Positions 46,818 through 55,644 of a stretch of 64,000 bases of DNA are shown in pieces. Under the pieces are notes generated by a model. That model worked only from the letters and a program-made list of their open reading frames with translations, searched no databases and was not told where the DNA came from. The stretch comes from a virus (taxonomy: Duplodnaviria > Caudoviricetes), in the IMG/VR virus record IMGVR_UViG_3300029288_000101, positions 1 through 64,000 of that record; one strand, given 5' to 3'. The stretch's first letter is position 1; every line of letters begins with the position of its first letter. Position numbers and translations under genes: made by a program.

Positions 46818-47579
46818 TTATTTTTCAAAATGACTCTTCTCTGGGAATAAACTGCTAATCACACTCTTTAAATCTTCTGTTAAGCCCTTATCATTATAGC
46901 CTGCAACTTTTTTATTTAATAATTCTAATTTAATATCTTCTATATTGTTAAAGGGCTGCTCGAAATTAGCTTTAAATCCTTCAGGCACTTTCTTTCTCTT
47001 TTCGGCAACATTATTAAAATACAAAGTATTTATTGTAAATCCTGCTCTTTCCACTCCCCATTCATACTGGTTCATCACCCACTCAAAATCTTTCTTATTA
47101 TATAATGCTGGTAGATGAGAATCATAATGGTAGATTGGCTTTCCTTGTAATATTAAAACTTCAAAAGTTCTTTTCAATCGAGTCCTCCAACGATTCATAA
47201 ATGCCCAATTAATTTCACTCAAATCTCTAATATACATTGGAGAAAAATCTGATGCCACACAAGGTTGTAAAAGCAATTGATCGTCGCTCATCCTGACAAA
47301 GTTCTGAGTGAGCTGTTCTCTCTTGCAAGCTAATAAAACCTTTTGAATCAAATTAGCATCTTTATTAGCTTTAAAAGTATCTTCAGCTGGTATATGGATT
47401 ACATTTTGAATAAAGTTTGGAAGATAGCCAACAATATAGACTTCTCTTAAATCTAAAAAATTTTTCTCTAAACTCCTCAAACAATATCTAATTTCATTAT
47501 CATTCCACCCAGCTTTAATTCCTAATGGTATAACAACATCTATCTTCTTATTAATACTAAAATCTATTTCAGGACACAT
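46818..47579 (-). CDS. Stealth-family-like sugar-phosphate transferase
   Basis: IDVVI..., EIRYCLRSLEKN..VYIV..P.F, F..M.DD. Confidence 0.7.
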   Translation of the reverse strand: MCPEIDFSINKKIDVVIPLGIKAGWNDNEIRYCLRSLEKNFLDLREVYIVGYLPNFIQNVIHIPAEDTFKANKDANLIQKVLLACKREQLTQNFVRMSDDQLLLQPCVASDFSPMYIRDLSEINWAFMNRWRTRLKRTFEVLILQGKPIYHYDSHLPALYNKKDFEWVMNQYEWGVERAGFTINTLYFNNVAEKRKKVPEGFKANFEQPFNNIEDIKLELLNKKVAGYNDKGLTEDLKSVISSLFPEKSHFEK

Positions 47580-47631
47580 TATATTTCTTATTTTGATTAT
47601 TGAAAAACAAAGAACAGATTTTATTAAGGAT

Positions 47632-48183
47632 TTATTTTAAATGTTGTTTTGATTTTCTTCCCCCTTCTAGCAATCTATAATAGTGAAAAACGTAAATCCC
47701 TTCCATTAACAAAATCTTTTTGCCTATGGCTAATACTTTTCTAGAAAAATTATTATCTATTGTTAGTATTCCCTGTTCTAGAAAGCCTCCCACTCTCTGC
47801 CAGGTTTTCTTTTGAATTACCATCAGAAATCCGCTTATTGAACGAGGAATTTCTTTTACTTCAAGATACTTCTCTTTTTGTAATTTTAAAGCTAAATCTA
47901 TATGATATTTCCAATCTTGATTTTCTGAAATGACTCCATTATATCGTTGCCATGGATTTCCCACTCTATTACAATAACAAGTAAAAATTCCAGTATCAGG
48001 ATACATTTTTATAATATCTTCTATTTGTTTTCCATAATCAGAAGTTAAGAACATTATATCACGATCTGTTAGTACTCCATAATCTGTGTCTTGAGGCAAT
48101 AGTTGCATATATTCATTATATGCTTTTCCTACATTACCATTTAAATCATAAGGTATAAAATAATATGTCATAATTTTTCTCAA
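47632..48183 (-). CDS. GT-A/GT2-like glycosyltransferase
   Basis: G.AYN, D.D motif, SGFLM..K..W..VGGF, D..F, V.H. Confidence 0.7.
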   Translation of the reverse strand: MRKIMTYYFIPYDLNGNVGKAYNEYMQLLPQDTDYGVLTDRDIMFLTSDYGKQIEDIIKMYPDTGIFTCYCNRVGNPWQRYNGVISENQDWKYHIDLALKLQKEKYLEVKEIPRSISGFLMVIQKKTWQRVGGFLEQGILTIDNNFSRKVLAIGKKILLMEGIYVFHYYRLLEGGRKSKQHLK

Positions 48184-48274
48184 GTTTATTTAATTTTCTC
48201 TTCTCCCAACCTCTTTTTGCTGCCTCACTCTTTTTTTCTTTTTGTTTCTTCAGAATCTTCTCTTCATTTGTCAT
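48146..48274 (-). pseudogene. Relic of a homing-endonuclease C-terminal tail
   Basis: KKSEAAKRGWEKRK resembles MSESAKIGWEKRR of 26220-26879; SEETKRK appears in an adjacent frame. Confidence 0.4.
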
Positions 48275-48312
48275 TTTTATTATGTTATTACTAAATTAGT
48301 ACTAACAACACA

Positions 48313-49050
48313 TCATTTCATTGACTTTAATCTCTCCACTATATCATCGGGGAGAAACAATTGAATTTTTAAATCTGTTTCAACAAAAGGAAACACAATA
48401 TCGCTGAAAAATTTGCTTCTCTTTTTTGAAATATTATTAAAACCATGAGTATCTACTCCATATAACCAATCGTCAGTTTCATTAATAAATACTCTTTTTG
48501 GATCTATATTTTTTACTAACCAGCCATCTACTTTTGCTCTAACAGCTTCAAAAGAAAGTTTTCTAACATCTTCAGTTTTAGCACCCATATTCAAACCACC
48601 TCTTTGAATATTTTTTTTATCTGAAAATAAAATGTGTTGTTGTTTTTGAATCCAATAAAACAAGCCTTGATTCGCTTTATACCAATCATTTCCTAAATTT
48701 ATTGCTTCCATTGTTGTTCTCAACCTATTAGGTTCTGAATAGCAATCAGCTGCTTGAAATACAAAAGCAACAGAATTTACGTCTGCTCGCTGTCCTAATA
48801 ATCTCCATTTTTGGCTTAATGGAACCCAACAAGGCAAAGAAATATACAATATTCTTCTACAACCTATTTGTTTTAATCTTTCAAAATAAGAATCAAAAAA
48901 TTCCTTACCACAACTATTATCATCAGATTCTTCCACCACTATTATTTCCCAGCCAAAATCAATTCCTTTTTGCCTGCAAAGTCCTTCCATTGCCAGCCAA
49001 GCAATATTTTTACTATTAAACACTGGCAGACCAACTGTTAATTTTATCAT
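48313..49050 (-). CDS. GT2-family glycosyltransferase
   Basis: LTVGLPVFN...L..Q....WEIIVV; AAD.YS.P.RL. Confidence 0.7.
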   Translation of the reverse strand: MIKLTVGLPVFNSKNIAWLAMEGLCRQKGIDFGWEIIVVEESDDNSCGKEFFDSYFERLKQIGCRRILYISLPCWVPLSQKWRLLGQRADVNSVAFVFQAADCYSEPNRLRTTMEAINLGNDWYKANQGLFYWIQKQQHILFSDKKNIQRGGLNMGAKTEDVRKLSFEAVRAKVDGWLVKNIDPKRVFINETDDWLYGVDTHGFNNISKKRSKFFSDIVFPFVETDLKIQLFLPDDIVERLKSMK

Positions 49051-49733
49051 CGTTTGAAATTATTTAAAAATTCTATTTTTACCTCTTCAAATCCCACTGA
49101 CTTCTTAAAGGTTCTTAATCCTGGTAAACAAGCCTTTAAAGTTAGATAATTTAAACACTTTACTTGCTTATAATTCTCTATGCAATCTTTAATTATAAAG
49201 TTAATTAAAAGATTCATTATACCAAACTTTAAATGTTCTGCGTGTCCTAAGATTTGATTAATTATTGCAAATTCATTCATAAAATTCACATTACACCAGG
49301 CTACTAATTTATCTTCTTTTAACACTCCAAAATATTTTATTTTATGAACATCGCAACAATTCAGAGTTCTCGCCTCTTCAGGATATTTTTGATATTTTGC
49401 TGACATTCTTTTACCTTGTCTAAATTCTTTTGAATTGTTAATTTCAAAAATATCTTCTAAAAATAAATTATAAGAAATCTCTCTTGCCTCATAATTATTC
49501 TTCTGAGATTTAACAATCATATTTCTACTTTTACAACCTATTTGTTTTAAATAGGCTTCATAAGTTTTAGAAATTATAATTACTGCTGGTAGATATTTAT
49601 GACTGATAATTTCTTCACTAATTAATACTTCTCCAAAAGGTCTATTGGATTTTATCCAATTTTCCCAAATAAAGAATAACTCTTCACAACCTTTTTGACA
49701 TCCTTCTGCGCTTCCAATTAAATCAATTTTCAT
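49047..49733 (-). CDS. GNAT-like acyltransferase
   Basis: KLVAW......A...ILGH.EHL..GIM..L...L..FK...GF. Confidence 0.55.
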   Translation of the reverse strand: MKIDLIGSAEGCQKGCEELFFIWENWIKSNRPFGEVLISEEIISHKYLPAVIIISKTYEAYLKQIGCKSRNMIVKSQKNNYEAREISYNLFLEDIFEINNSKEFRQGKRMSAKYQKYPEEARTLNCCDVHKIKYFGVLKEDKLVAWCNVNFMNEFAIINQILGHAEHLKFGIMNLLINFIIKDCIENYKQVKCLNYLTLKACLPGLRTFKKSVGFEEVKIEFLNNFKR

Positions 49734-50470
49734 AAATCTAAATACTCCTTGTAAGTCATAAAGACCACGCCTAAATTTTTAAAATGAGCAATAAACTTGT
49801 CATAATAAAAACCTGACAACTCTCCTATATTTAAACCTTCTGGTACATAAGGATTATATAAGGTTGGAATGAATTTCTTATAAAACTAAGTGTTATGAGT
49901 TAACATTGCTAAAGTTTGCTGTTCTTCTAATTTCTTTGTAAAAGCTCTTAAAAATCTATTAAAACCAACAAAACCATCTGTCTTTAAATAACCATCTAAA
50001 GTTAAATGGAAAGGTGTCAAGATCGACTTGAATTTATAATCTTCTGGTTTCATAACTACCATATCGCTACAAATATAATTCAAGCCTAATGAATCTTGAA
50101 CCAAATAGCCTAACGATTTATTCCATTTAAAATTACCACCACAAGCAGAAACTCCTAAAATATTTAAATCTAAAGACCTTACTTTTTTCAATTCTTGTAG
50201 AGGTGAAGGCAATTCTTTTGAATTAACATGATTTGCAAGATGTAAACCAAATTCCCAACCATTGTTCTCTAAAGTCTTATAAAAGTTTTGATATTTCAAT
50301 TCAGAAACTCCCCTGTCATATCTTAAGAATATTGTCGATCTAACTTCATGTTTCCTCTCAATACTAAACATCCTATCAACATTAAGATTTAGACCATGAA
50401 CCCAATCAAAATCATGTCTTAAAATAATAATCTTCTTTTCCTTAAATACTAAAGATTTAACAGTTTCCAT
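49730..50470 (-). CDS. Polysaccharide deacetylase-like protein with an in-frame TAG at 49886-49888
   Basis: LRHDFD, STIF, EFGLH, LTH motifs; frame stays open 51 codons past TAG to a TGA overlapping the next ATG. Confidence 0.7.
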
Positions 50471-51320
50471 TGGTTATAACCTTTGACAAACACCATGCTG
50501 AATATGCTCTTACTCTAAAATTAGTGTGCTGAAGAGAGGTCAAAATCTCTTTGTCTAAAATCAACATTCTTTTATTTAATTTTTCTTCTCCTAAAATCGT
50601 TAAAAGCTCATTTTTATAAAGATTATAAATTAAAAAAGTTATAGGTATAGACCAGCCTATTGAGCCAGAAGATAGCCATTTCTCTTTATCTGAAAAATTT
50701 ATTAAACTTTTTAAAACTATTTCTTTTTTATAAATCAAAAATTTCAATCTATAAAAATGATAAAGCATTAAGCCTAAATGAAAGCTATCTTCCAATTTCA
50801 TTTTTTCCCATTTCTCTTCTTTAAAATATTGATAAGACCAATTACCATTTTCTTGGCTTGATTCTAATAAATTTACTAATTTTTTAGCTCTATCTAATTC
50901 TCCACACTCATTAAAAACCAAAGCCGCTGCTGATGTTACATTTGGAACAGCATAATTTGTTTCTTCACTACAATATTTTTGCCAACCATTTTCATAGCTA
51001 CCTATAGATTTTATATCTTCAAAAATCTTATCTGTTAGGTATTTAAATCTTAATTGTTTAAAAAACTCATAGCAAATCCATAAAGTATAAGTGTATAAAT
51101 TATTTTCTGAACAACGAGCCACATTAACTCTGTTTCTCTTATTTAAAATAAGATTTCTTTCCAATACTTTTATCAAACAATCATGATAATCTAATCCAAA
51201 TATTTGCTTTGCACTTCCTAATAAAGCAAAGCCATCGGCAGAAGATTTTTCAAAAAAAATATCTGTTTCAGGAAACCTTACTTCAGATATTAATTTCTTA
51301 ATATCAGATAAAATAATCAT
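50457..51320 (-). CDS. Hypothetical alpha-helical (toroid-like) protein in the glycan locus
   Basis: Q..NG.W.Y and D..H motifs reminiscent of alpha/alpha-barrel sugar enzymes. Confidence 0.4.
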   Translation of the reverse strand: MIILSDIKKLISEVRFPETDIFFEKSSADGFALLGSAKQIFGLDYHDCLIKVLERNLILNKRNRVNVARCSENNLYTYTLWICYEFFKQLRFKYLTDKIFEDIKSIGSYENGWQKYCSEETNYAVPNVTSAAALVFNECGELDRAKKLVNLLESSQENGNWSYQYFKEEKWEKMKLEDSFHLGLMLYHFYRLKFLIYKKEIVLKSLINFSDKEKWLSSGSIGWSIPITFLIYNLYKNELLTILGEEKLNKRMLILDKEILTSLQHTNFRVRAYSAWCLSKVITNGNC

Positions 51321-51898
51321 CTTACAATGCTATCAATTAAAAATAACTTATTATTATTTTTTGAACTCAAAGAAAACTCTTCAATATTTACAAATTTTAG
51401 CTTCTTATATCTTTTTCTAATTTGAAGCTTATTTTCAAAAAGCCTAACATGGCTCTCATTTTTAAAATTAGGTACTGAAAATATAAATCTAACATTAGAA
51501 GGCAACAATTTTATTACTTCCAAATCTTCTTCTAAATGTTCCAATACCTCGCAACAAATAATAGTCTCAAAAGGCAAATATTGTGCCTCTACACTATATA
51601 TATCTTTTACCTCAAAAGCACAATTAGAAGCAAAAGCAGAATTTAATTGTTTTGCTTTCTCAATAGCAACCTCACTAAAATCTATACCTTTTATATAATT
51701 CTTCTCCTCTCTTAAAAGATAATTTGCTAATTGACCAACACCACAACCTATTTCTAGAATACTTTCCTTTTTTGTTAATATCTCTCCAATCCTCTTCCAA
51801 ATAGGAAAATATATTGTTTGTTCTGGCTGTTTAAAATACATTCCTTTTGAACCGCCCTTCAAATAAATCTCGTCATAAAATTCTCTATTTTTTTCCAT
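51317..51898 (-). CDS. Class I SAM-dependent methyltransferase
   Basis: ILEIGCGVG, GIDFS, EVLEHL, SVPN. Confidence 0.88.
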   Translation of the reverse strand: MEKNREFYDEIYLKGGSKGMYFKQPEQTIYFPIWKRIGEILTKKESILEIGCGVGQLANYLLREEKNYIKGIDFSEVAIEKAKQLNSAFASNCAFEVKDIYSVEAQYLPFETIICCEVLEHLEEDLEVIKLLPSNVRFIFSVPNFKNESHVRLFENKLQIRKRYKKLKFVNIEEFSLSSKNNNKLFLIDSIVR

Positions 51899-51901
51899 AT
51901 T

Positions 51902-52762
51902 CTATTTTTCTAAAAATCCTCTGAATTTTGTTTCTCTTCCTTCTAAAATATCAAACATATTTACCAATCTTTCTCCTGCTGTATGTTTCTTTTGATATAA
52001 TATTCTTCCTTGAGTTCTTACTCTCTCATAGCTCTTTTGTTTTGAAGTTCTTGAGTAAAACTCAATCATCTTCTTTGCTTCCTTTAATTTCTTAAACCAA
52101 ACCAAATGTTTATGATTTTCAAATAAATCTTCGATACCAGGAAACCAAGACACCAAAGCAAAACCACCTGAAGAGAGAATATTGTATAAGCGATTGCTTG
52201 TCACAGAATGCATTGGTAGACTAATGCTCAAATTAAATTTTGAGTTTCTATAAAGAAAGCTCTGGTCTTCTGTGGTTCTTTCTCCGCTAATTATCTTAAG
52301 CTTAAAATTTTCAGCAATACCGTCCAATAAAATTTTTCTATTACTATGCCAACGAGTTGAATTATTTCCTATAAATAACACTTCCCAGTCTATCTTCCTT
52401 CCTTCTGTTGCTTCTGGAATTAAACCACACTGAGGCATATAAAACACTGGCTTTTTAAAATATTCTTCATATAGCTTATTATATTCTAAGTTACAAAGAA
52501 AAATATAATCACAACCGCAGCCACAATTATCTTGTTTAATTAATTTTTCAGGCGGATTCAAATCACACATCCACCATCCCACTTTTGCTTTCGTATTTAT
52601 TTTAGGAAAAGTTTTATTGTAAAAAACAATCAAACTATCGTAATCCTTGACTAAATTTATTTCCGAAAAATCAAAGATCTCTATTCCTGTTGACTTTGCA
52701 GCATTAGCGATAGGACCTAATCTTTCTTTCTTTTCTTTTATTATAAAAGCTCTTTTAAGCAT
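51902..52762 (-). CDS. CgeB-like (Glyco_trans_1_2) glycosyltransferase
   Basis: FIG...R..L, Y..SK..L, S.RL...L..G.F, G......HT...R. Confidence 0.8.
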   Translation of the reverse strand: MLKRAFIIKEKKERLGPIANAAKSTGIEIFDFSEINLVKDYDSLIVFYNKTFPKINTKAKVGWWMCDLNPPEKLIKQDNCGCGCDYIFLCNLEYNKLYEEYFKKPVFYMPQCGLIPEATEGRKIDWEVLFIGNNSTRWHSNRKILLDGIAENFKLKIISGERTTEDQSFLYRNSKFNLSISLPMHSVTSNRLYNILSSGGFALVSWFPGIEDLFENHKHLVWFKKLKEAKKMIEFYSRTSKQKSYERVRTQGRILYQKKHTAGERLVNMFDILEGRETKFRGFLEK

Positions 52763-53441
52763 AGCGAACTCTTAAACGAATGTGCTTCCTTCTTCTAACT
52801 ATTGGCGAATTATAAAGTTTATCCCCAAATTCAGAAGAAATTACTCGTAAATTAATTTTTAATCTTTGTAATAAATAGGAAAATGAAATCTGGTCTCTTT
52901 TACTAAATTGAGAAATCTCTTCCCACCATAAATCATTGAAGCGATTTGTTCTAAAATTGCTTTTTCTTAATATTAAAGCTGTATGATAAAGTCCTGAATT
53001 AGTCTTTATTTTATCTCTCACATACTTTAATTTTTGCTCATCAAAAAGCTCTTTCCTGTCTAAATTCAACCTTCTACAAACATTTAATTCTTCAAACAAA
53101 CAAATTCTTTTAGGATGTTTAAACAATGAAATGTCTGTATCTTTTGGTAAATTCTTTAAACAAAAACTCTTAATATTTTCTATTAAAAGCTGATAGCAAG
53201 AATCAACCCAAATATTTATTTCATGCTTTGGTAAATATTTTTCAGGATGAGTCTTAATGAATCTTGCCGCTCTTTGAGGATCTCCATCAATCGTTTTATA
53301 ATTAATGATTTTTTGCTCCCATCCAAAACAATTATTTAATTTGTCAGTGAAGAGGATGTATCGAACACCCTCTTCTTTTTTCTTTGGATTGAAAACTCTG
53401 TCATAATTACCAAAATTACAACTAAAGACAATAATTTTCAT
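52755..53441 (-). CDS. DUF616/TOD1-MUCI70-like glycosyltransferase
   Basis: GNYD, FTD, R..K..P, IWVD, HP.R.C...E, WW.E....S.RDQISF. Confidence 0.85.
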   Translation of the reverse strand: MKIIVFSCNFGNYDRVFNPKKKEEGVRYILFTDKLNNCFGWEQKIINYKTIDGDPQRAARFIKTHPEKYLPKHEINIWVDSCYQLLIENIKSFCLKNLPKDTDISLFKHPKRICLFEELNVCRRLNLDRKELFDEQKLKYVRDKIKTNSGLYHTALILRKSNFRTNRFNDLWWEEISQFSKRDQISFSYLLQRLKINLRVISSEFGDKLYNSPIVRRRKHIRLRVRYA

Positions 53442-53442
53442 T

Positions 53443-54006
53443 TTACAATTTTAAGAACTCATCTACAGAAATTAAGTTCAGCCATTCTTTTTTATTTTTT
53501 TCAAAGCCTTTAAAATCTACTTCGCCTTCAATTACTAACTTTGTCTGACGACCTCTCTGAATTATACCACATCCCATGTCAGTTTCTATGGTATACATTT
53601 TCAAATTTCCTTTTGTTTGACGACAATATACAAAAGACAGCCAACAGTCTCCAGTCCACGCTTTCACGATTCTTGGAACTTTTTGCATATCTTCATTGAC
53701 AGGCAAACAATCATGCACAACTATGGTTCCACCTTTATTTAAACAAGCCAAAGAATTGTTAATGTCTTTTAATACTTGTTCTGAGTGGTGTAAACCATCA
53801 ATAAATATTATATCAAACTTCTCTTTATTTTGAGCAAAGAACATATCAGAACTCATTCGATGAGTTCCACCTCGTTCAGGATCTACTCCCACTTTTGTTT
53901 TTATATTTATTGCATTAAAGGTTTTATCCTTTTGAGTGCCAATCTCAAGATAACTATTGTAGTTATTCTTTGAAATAAAATGGTGTATTATTTGAACTCG
54001 ATTCAT
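53443..54006 (-). CDS. Methyltransf_24-like SAM-dependent methyltransferase
   Basis: YLEIG, GVDP, SD.FF, DIIFIDGLH, G.IV.HD, WTGD.W, D.G.G. Confidence 0.85.
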   Translation of the reverse strand: MNRVQIIHHFISKNNYNSYLEIGTQKDKTFNAINIKTKVGVDPERGGTHRMSSDMFFAQNKEKFDIIFIDGLHHSEQVLKDINNSLACLNKGGTIVVHDCLPVNEDMQKVPRIVKAWTGDCWLSFVYCRQTKGNLKMYTIETDMGCGIIQRGRQTKLVIEGEVDFKGFEKNKKEWLNLISVDEFLKL

Positions 54007-54030
54007 AACTTCAATTTTTATTTAAAAATA

Positions 54031-54339
54031 TTAAAAAGAAAGACTGTGATCTGCAGGATCGTAGATATGAGTTTTTACCTGATTGTCAATCTTCCAACAA
54101 AGCATATCCTGAGCGATAGCAAAATCTTGTAGTTCTGTTTCTGTATAGGCATGTCCTATTTTAAAAGGAGCATATAAATCTGCTTCAGCCACAACTACAT
54201 CATCGAGTTCTCTTTTTATTGTTGCTATGATAATTCCTTTATCATCATTTTTAAAGCCTTCTATGGTTACCTTTTTTGACTGTGTAATTCCAAGACCATG
54301 TTTTTCTAATACATAAGTAATTTTTCCTGCTTGTCCCAT
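54031..54339 (-). CDS. Hypothetical protein
   Basis: Co-oriented ORF. Confidence 0.55.
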   Translation of the reverse strand: MGQAGKITYVLEKHGLGITQSKKVTIEGFKNDDKGIIIATIKRELDDVVVAEADLYAPFKIGHAYTETELQDFAIAQDMLCWKIDNQVKTHIYDPADHSLSF

Positions 54340-54383
54340 TTTTATAAAATTTTTAATTATTAATTTTTACAATTTTATTTTAA

Positions 54384-55568
54384 TTAAAAGTCTAAATCAG
54401 ATATTTGTTGAGTAGTTAATTCATAGATTTTTTTATCTTCCAAATTTCTTTCTAACAAACCCACTTTCTTCTCGTCTCTAATACAACCAATCACTTTCCT
54501 AATTAACGTATTATATTCTGAACAGAGGTCAGCTTCTTCTTTTGTTGTTGCAGATTTTACATTATTACCACTACTTTCAACACAACAACTTTTCTCATTG
54601 GTATTAAAATAGGTTTTACACCATTCAAACATCTTCAAAGAAGCAACTTCCTTCTCAACATCTCGACTTTCCCATTCATCTAATTTACGTGTTGGGAACT
54701 CTTTGAGCTCGTCCAAAATAACCTGCATTCTCGCTTCACAATTATCTTTTAATCCTATAATTGAAGCAAGTACACCAACTAATTTCTCCTTTATTTCTTT
54801 TCCTGTTTTCTTAAAGGTCATTTTGTCAGCACCATAATTAAAAGAGTCTGAAGACTTCTCAATATCATTGTCAAGAGATTTTTCTATTTCTTTTTCTTTC
54901 CCCTCTGTTTCTTTTTTGTCTTTATAATTATTAATATATTCTTTTTTTAATTTTTTCCACAAATCTTCATATTTACTAGGAATTTCTTTTGAATCATATT
55001 TTCTAGAAGAACTTTTCTTATTTGAATCTGAAAGATAATTATTCCCAGAATAATACTCCATAAATTCTTCTCCTTTTTTGTTACCTTTTACATAAACTCC
55101 ATATGTAATAAGAGAATCTTTATTAATATGACCTTCAAGAATATCACAATCAGGATTATGGTTTTCATGAGAATTAAATACTAATTTTTTAAAACCTTTT
55201 TCTTTTCCCTCAGTTTCTTTTCCTTCTTCTTTATTAATCTTTACCCAAACACCTCTCCTACGACCATTTTTATCAACCACTATCTTTTTAACAAGTTTTG
55301 ATAAATCCTTCTTTGCCTTTTCAAAATAATCAAGTCCATCTTTTTCTCCCACTGCCTTACAAATCTCATTACTTTTTGCAACCACATCTGAAATATATCT
55401 CCTCAAATCTAACTCAGTATAGATTTCCCATTGTTCTTGCTTTGCTTGTTTTGCAAAGTCTTCAAGAGACATCGCTTTTTCAATATTAAAATCTGTAAAG
55501 TTAGAAAAATCTAATCTTCCACCACCATTTTTAAAGTCTTCGAAGCTTAATGTTAAGTTCTTATTCAT
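54384..55568 (-). CDS. Modular xxKA-motif protein related to the head-region proteins
   Basis: FEKAKKDLSKLVKKIVVDKNGRRRGVWVK is nearly identical to a segment of the 1374-aa protein. Confidence 0.65.
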   Translation of the reverse strand: MNKNLTLSFEDFKNGGGRLDFSNFTDFNIEKAMSLEDFAKQAKQEQWEIYTELDLRRYISDVVAKSNEICKAVGEKDGLDYFEKAKKDLSKLVKKIVVDKNGRRRGVWVKINKEEGKETEGKEKGFKKLVFNSHENHNPDCDILEGHINKDSLITYGVYVKGNKKGEEFMEYYSGNNYLSDSNKKSSSRKYDSKEIPSKYEDLWKKLKKEYINNYKDKKETEGKEKEIEKSLDNDIEKSSDSFNYGADKMTFKKTGKEIKEKLVGVLASIIGLKDNCEARMQVILDELKEFPTRKLDEWESRDVEKEVASLKMFEWCKTYFNTNEKSCCVESSGNNVKSATTKEEADLCSEYNTLIRKVIGCIRDEKKVGLLERNLEDKKIYELTTQQISDLDF

Positions 55569-55600
55569 ATCGCTATTATTTTAGTTTTAAATTTACAATT

Positions 55601-55609
55601 TTATAACTG
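55601..55609 (-). promoter_or_regulatory. Putative late promoter CAGTTATAA
   Basis: Exact motif upstream of 54384-55568 and the glycan locus. Confidence 0.6.
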
Positions 55610-55644
55610 TTTCAGAACAAAAAAAACTAATAAATCTTTTGCCA

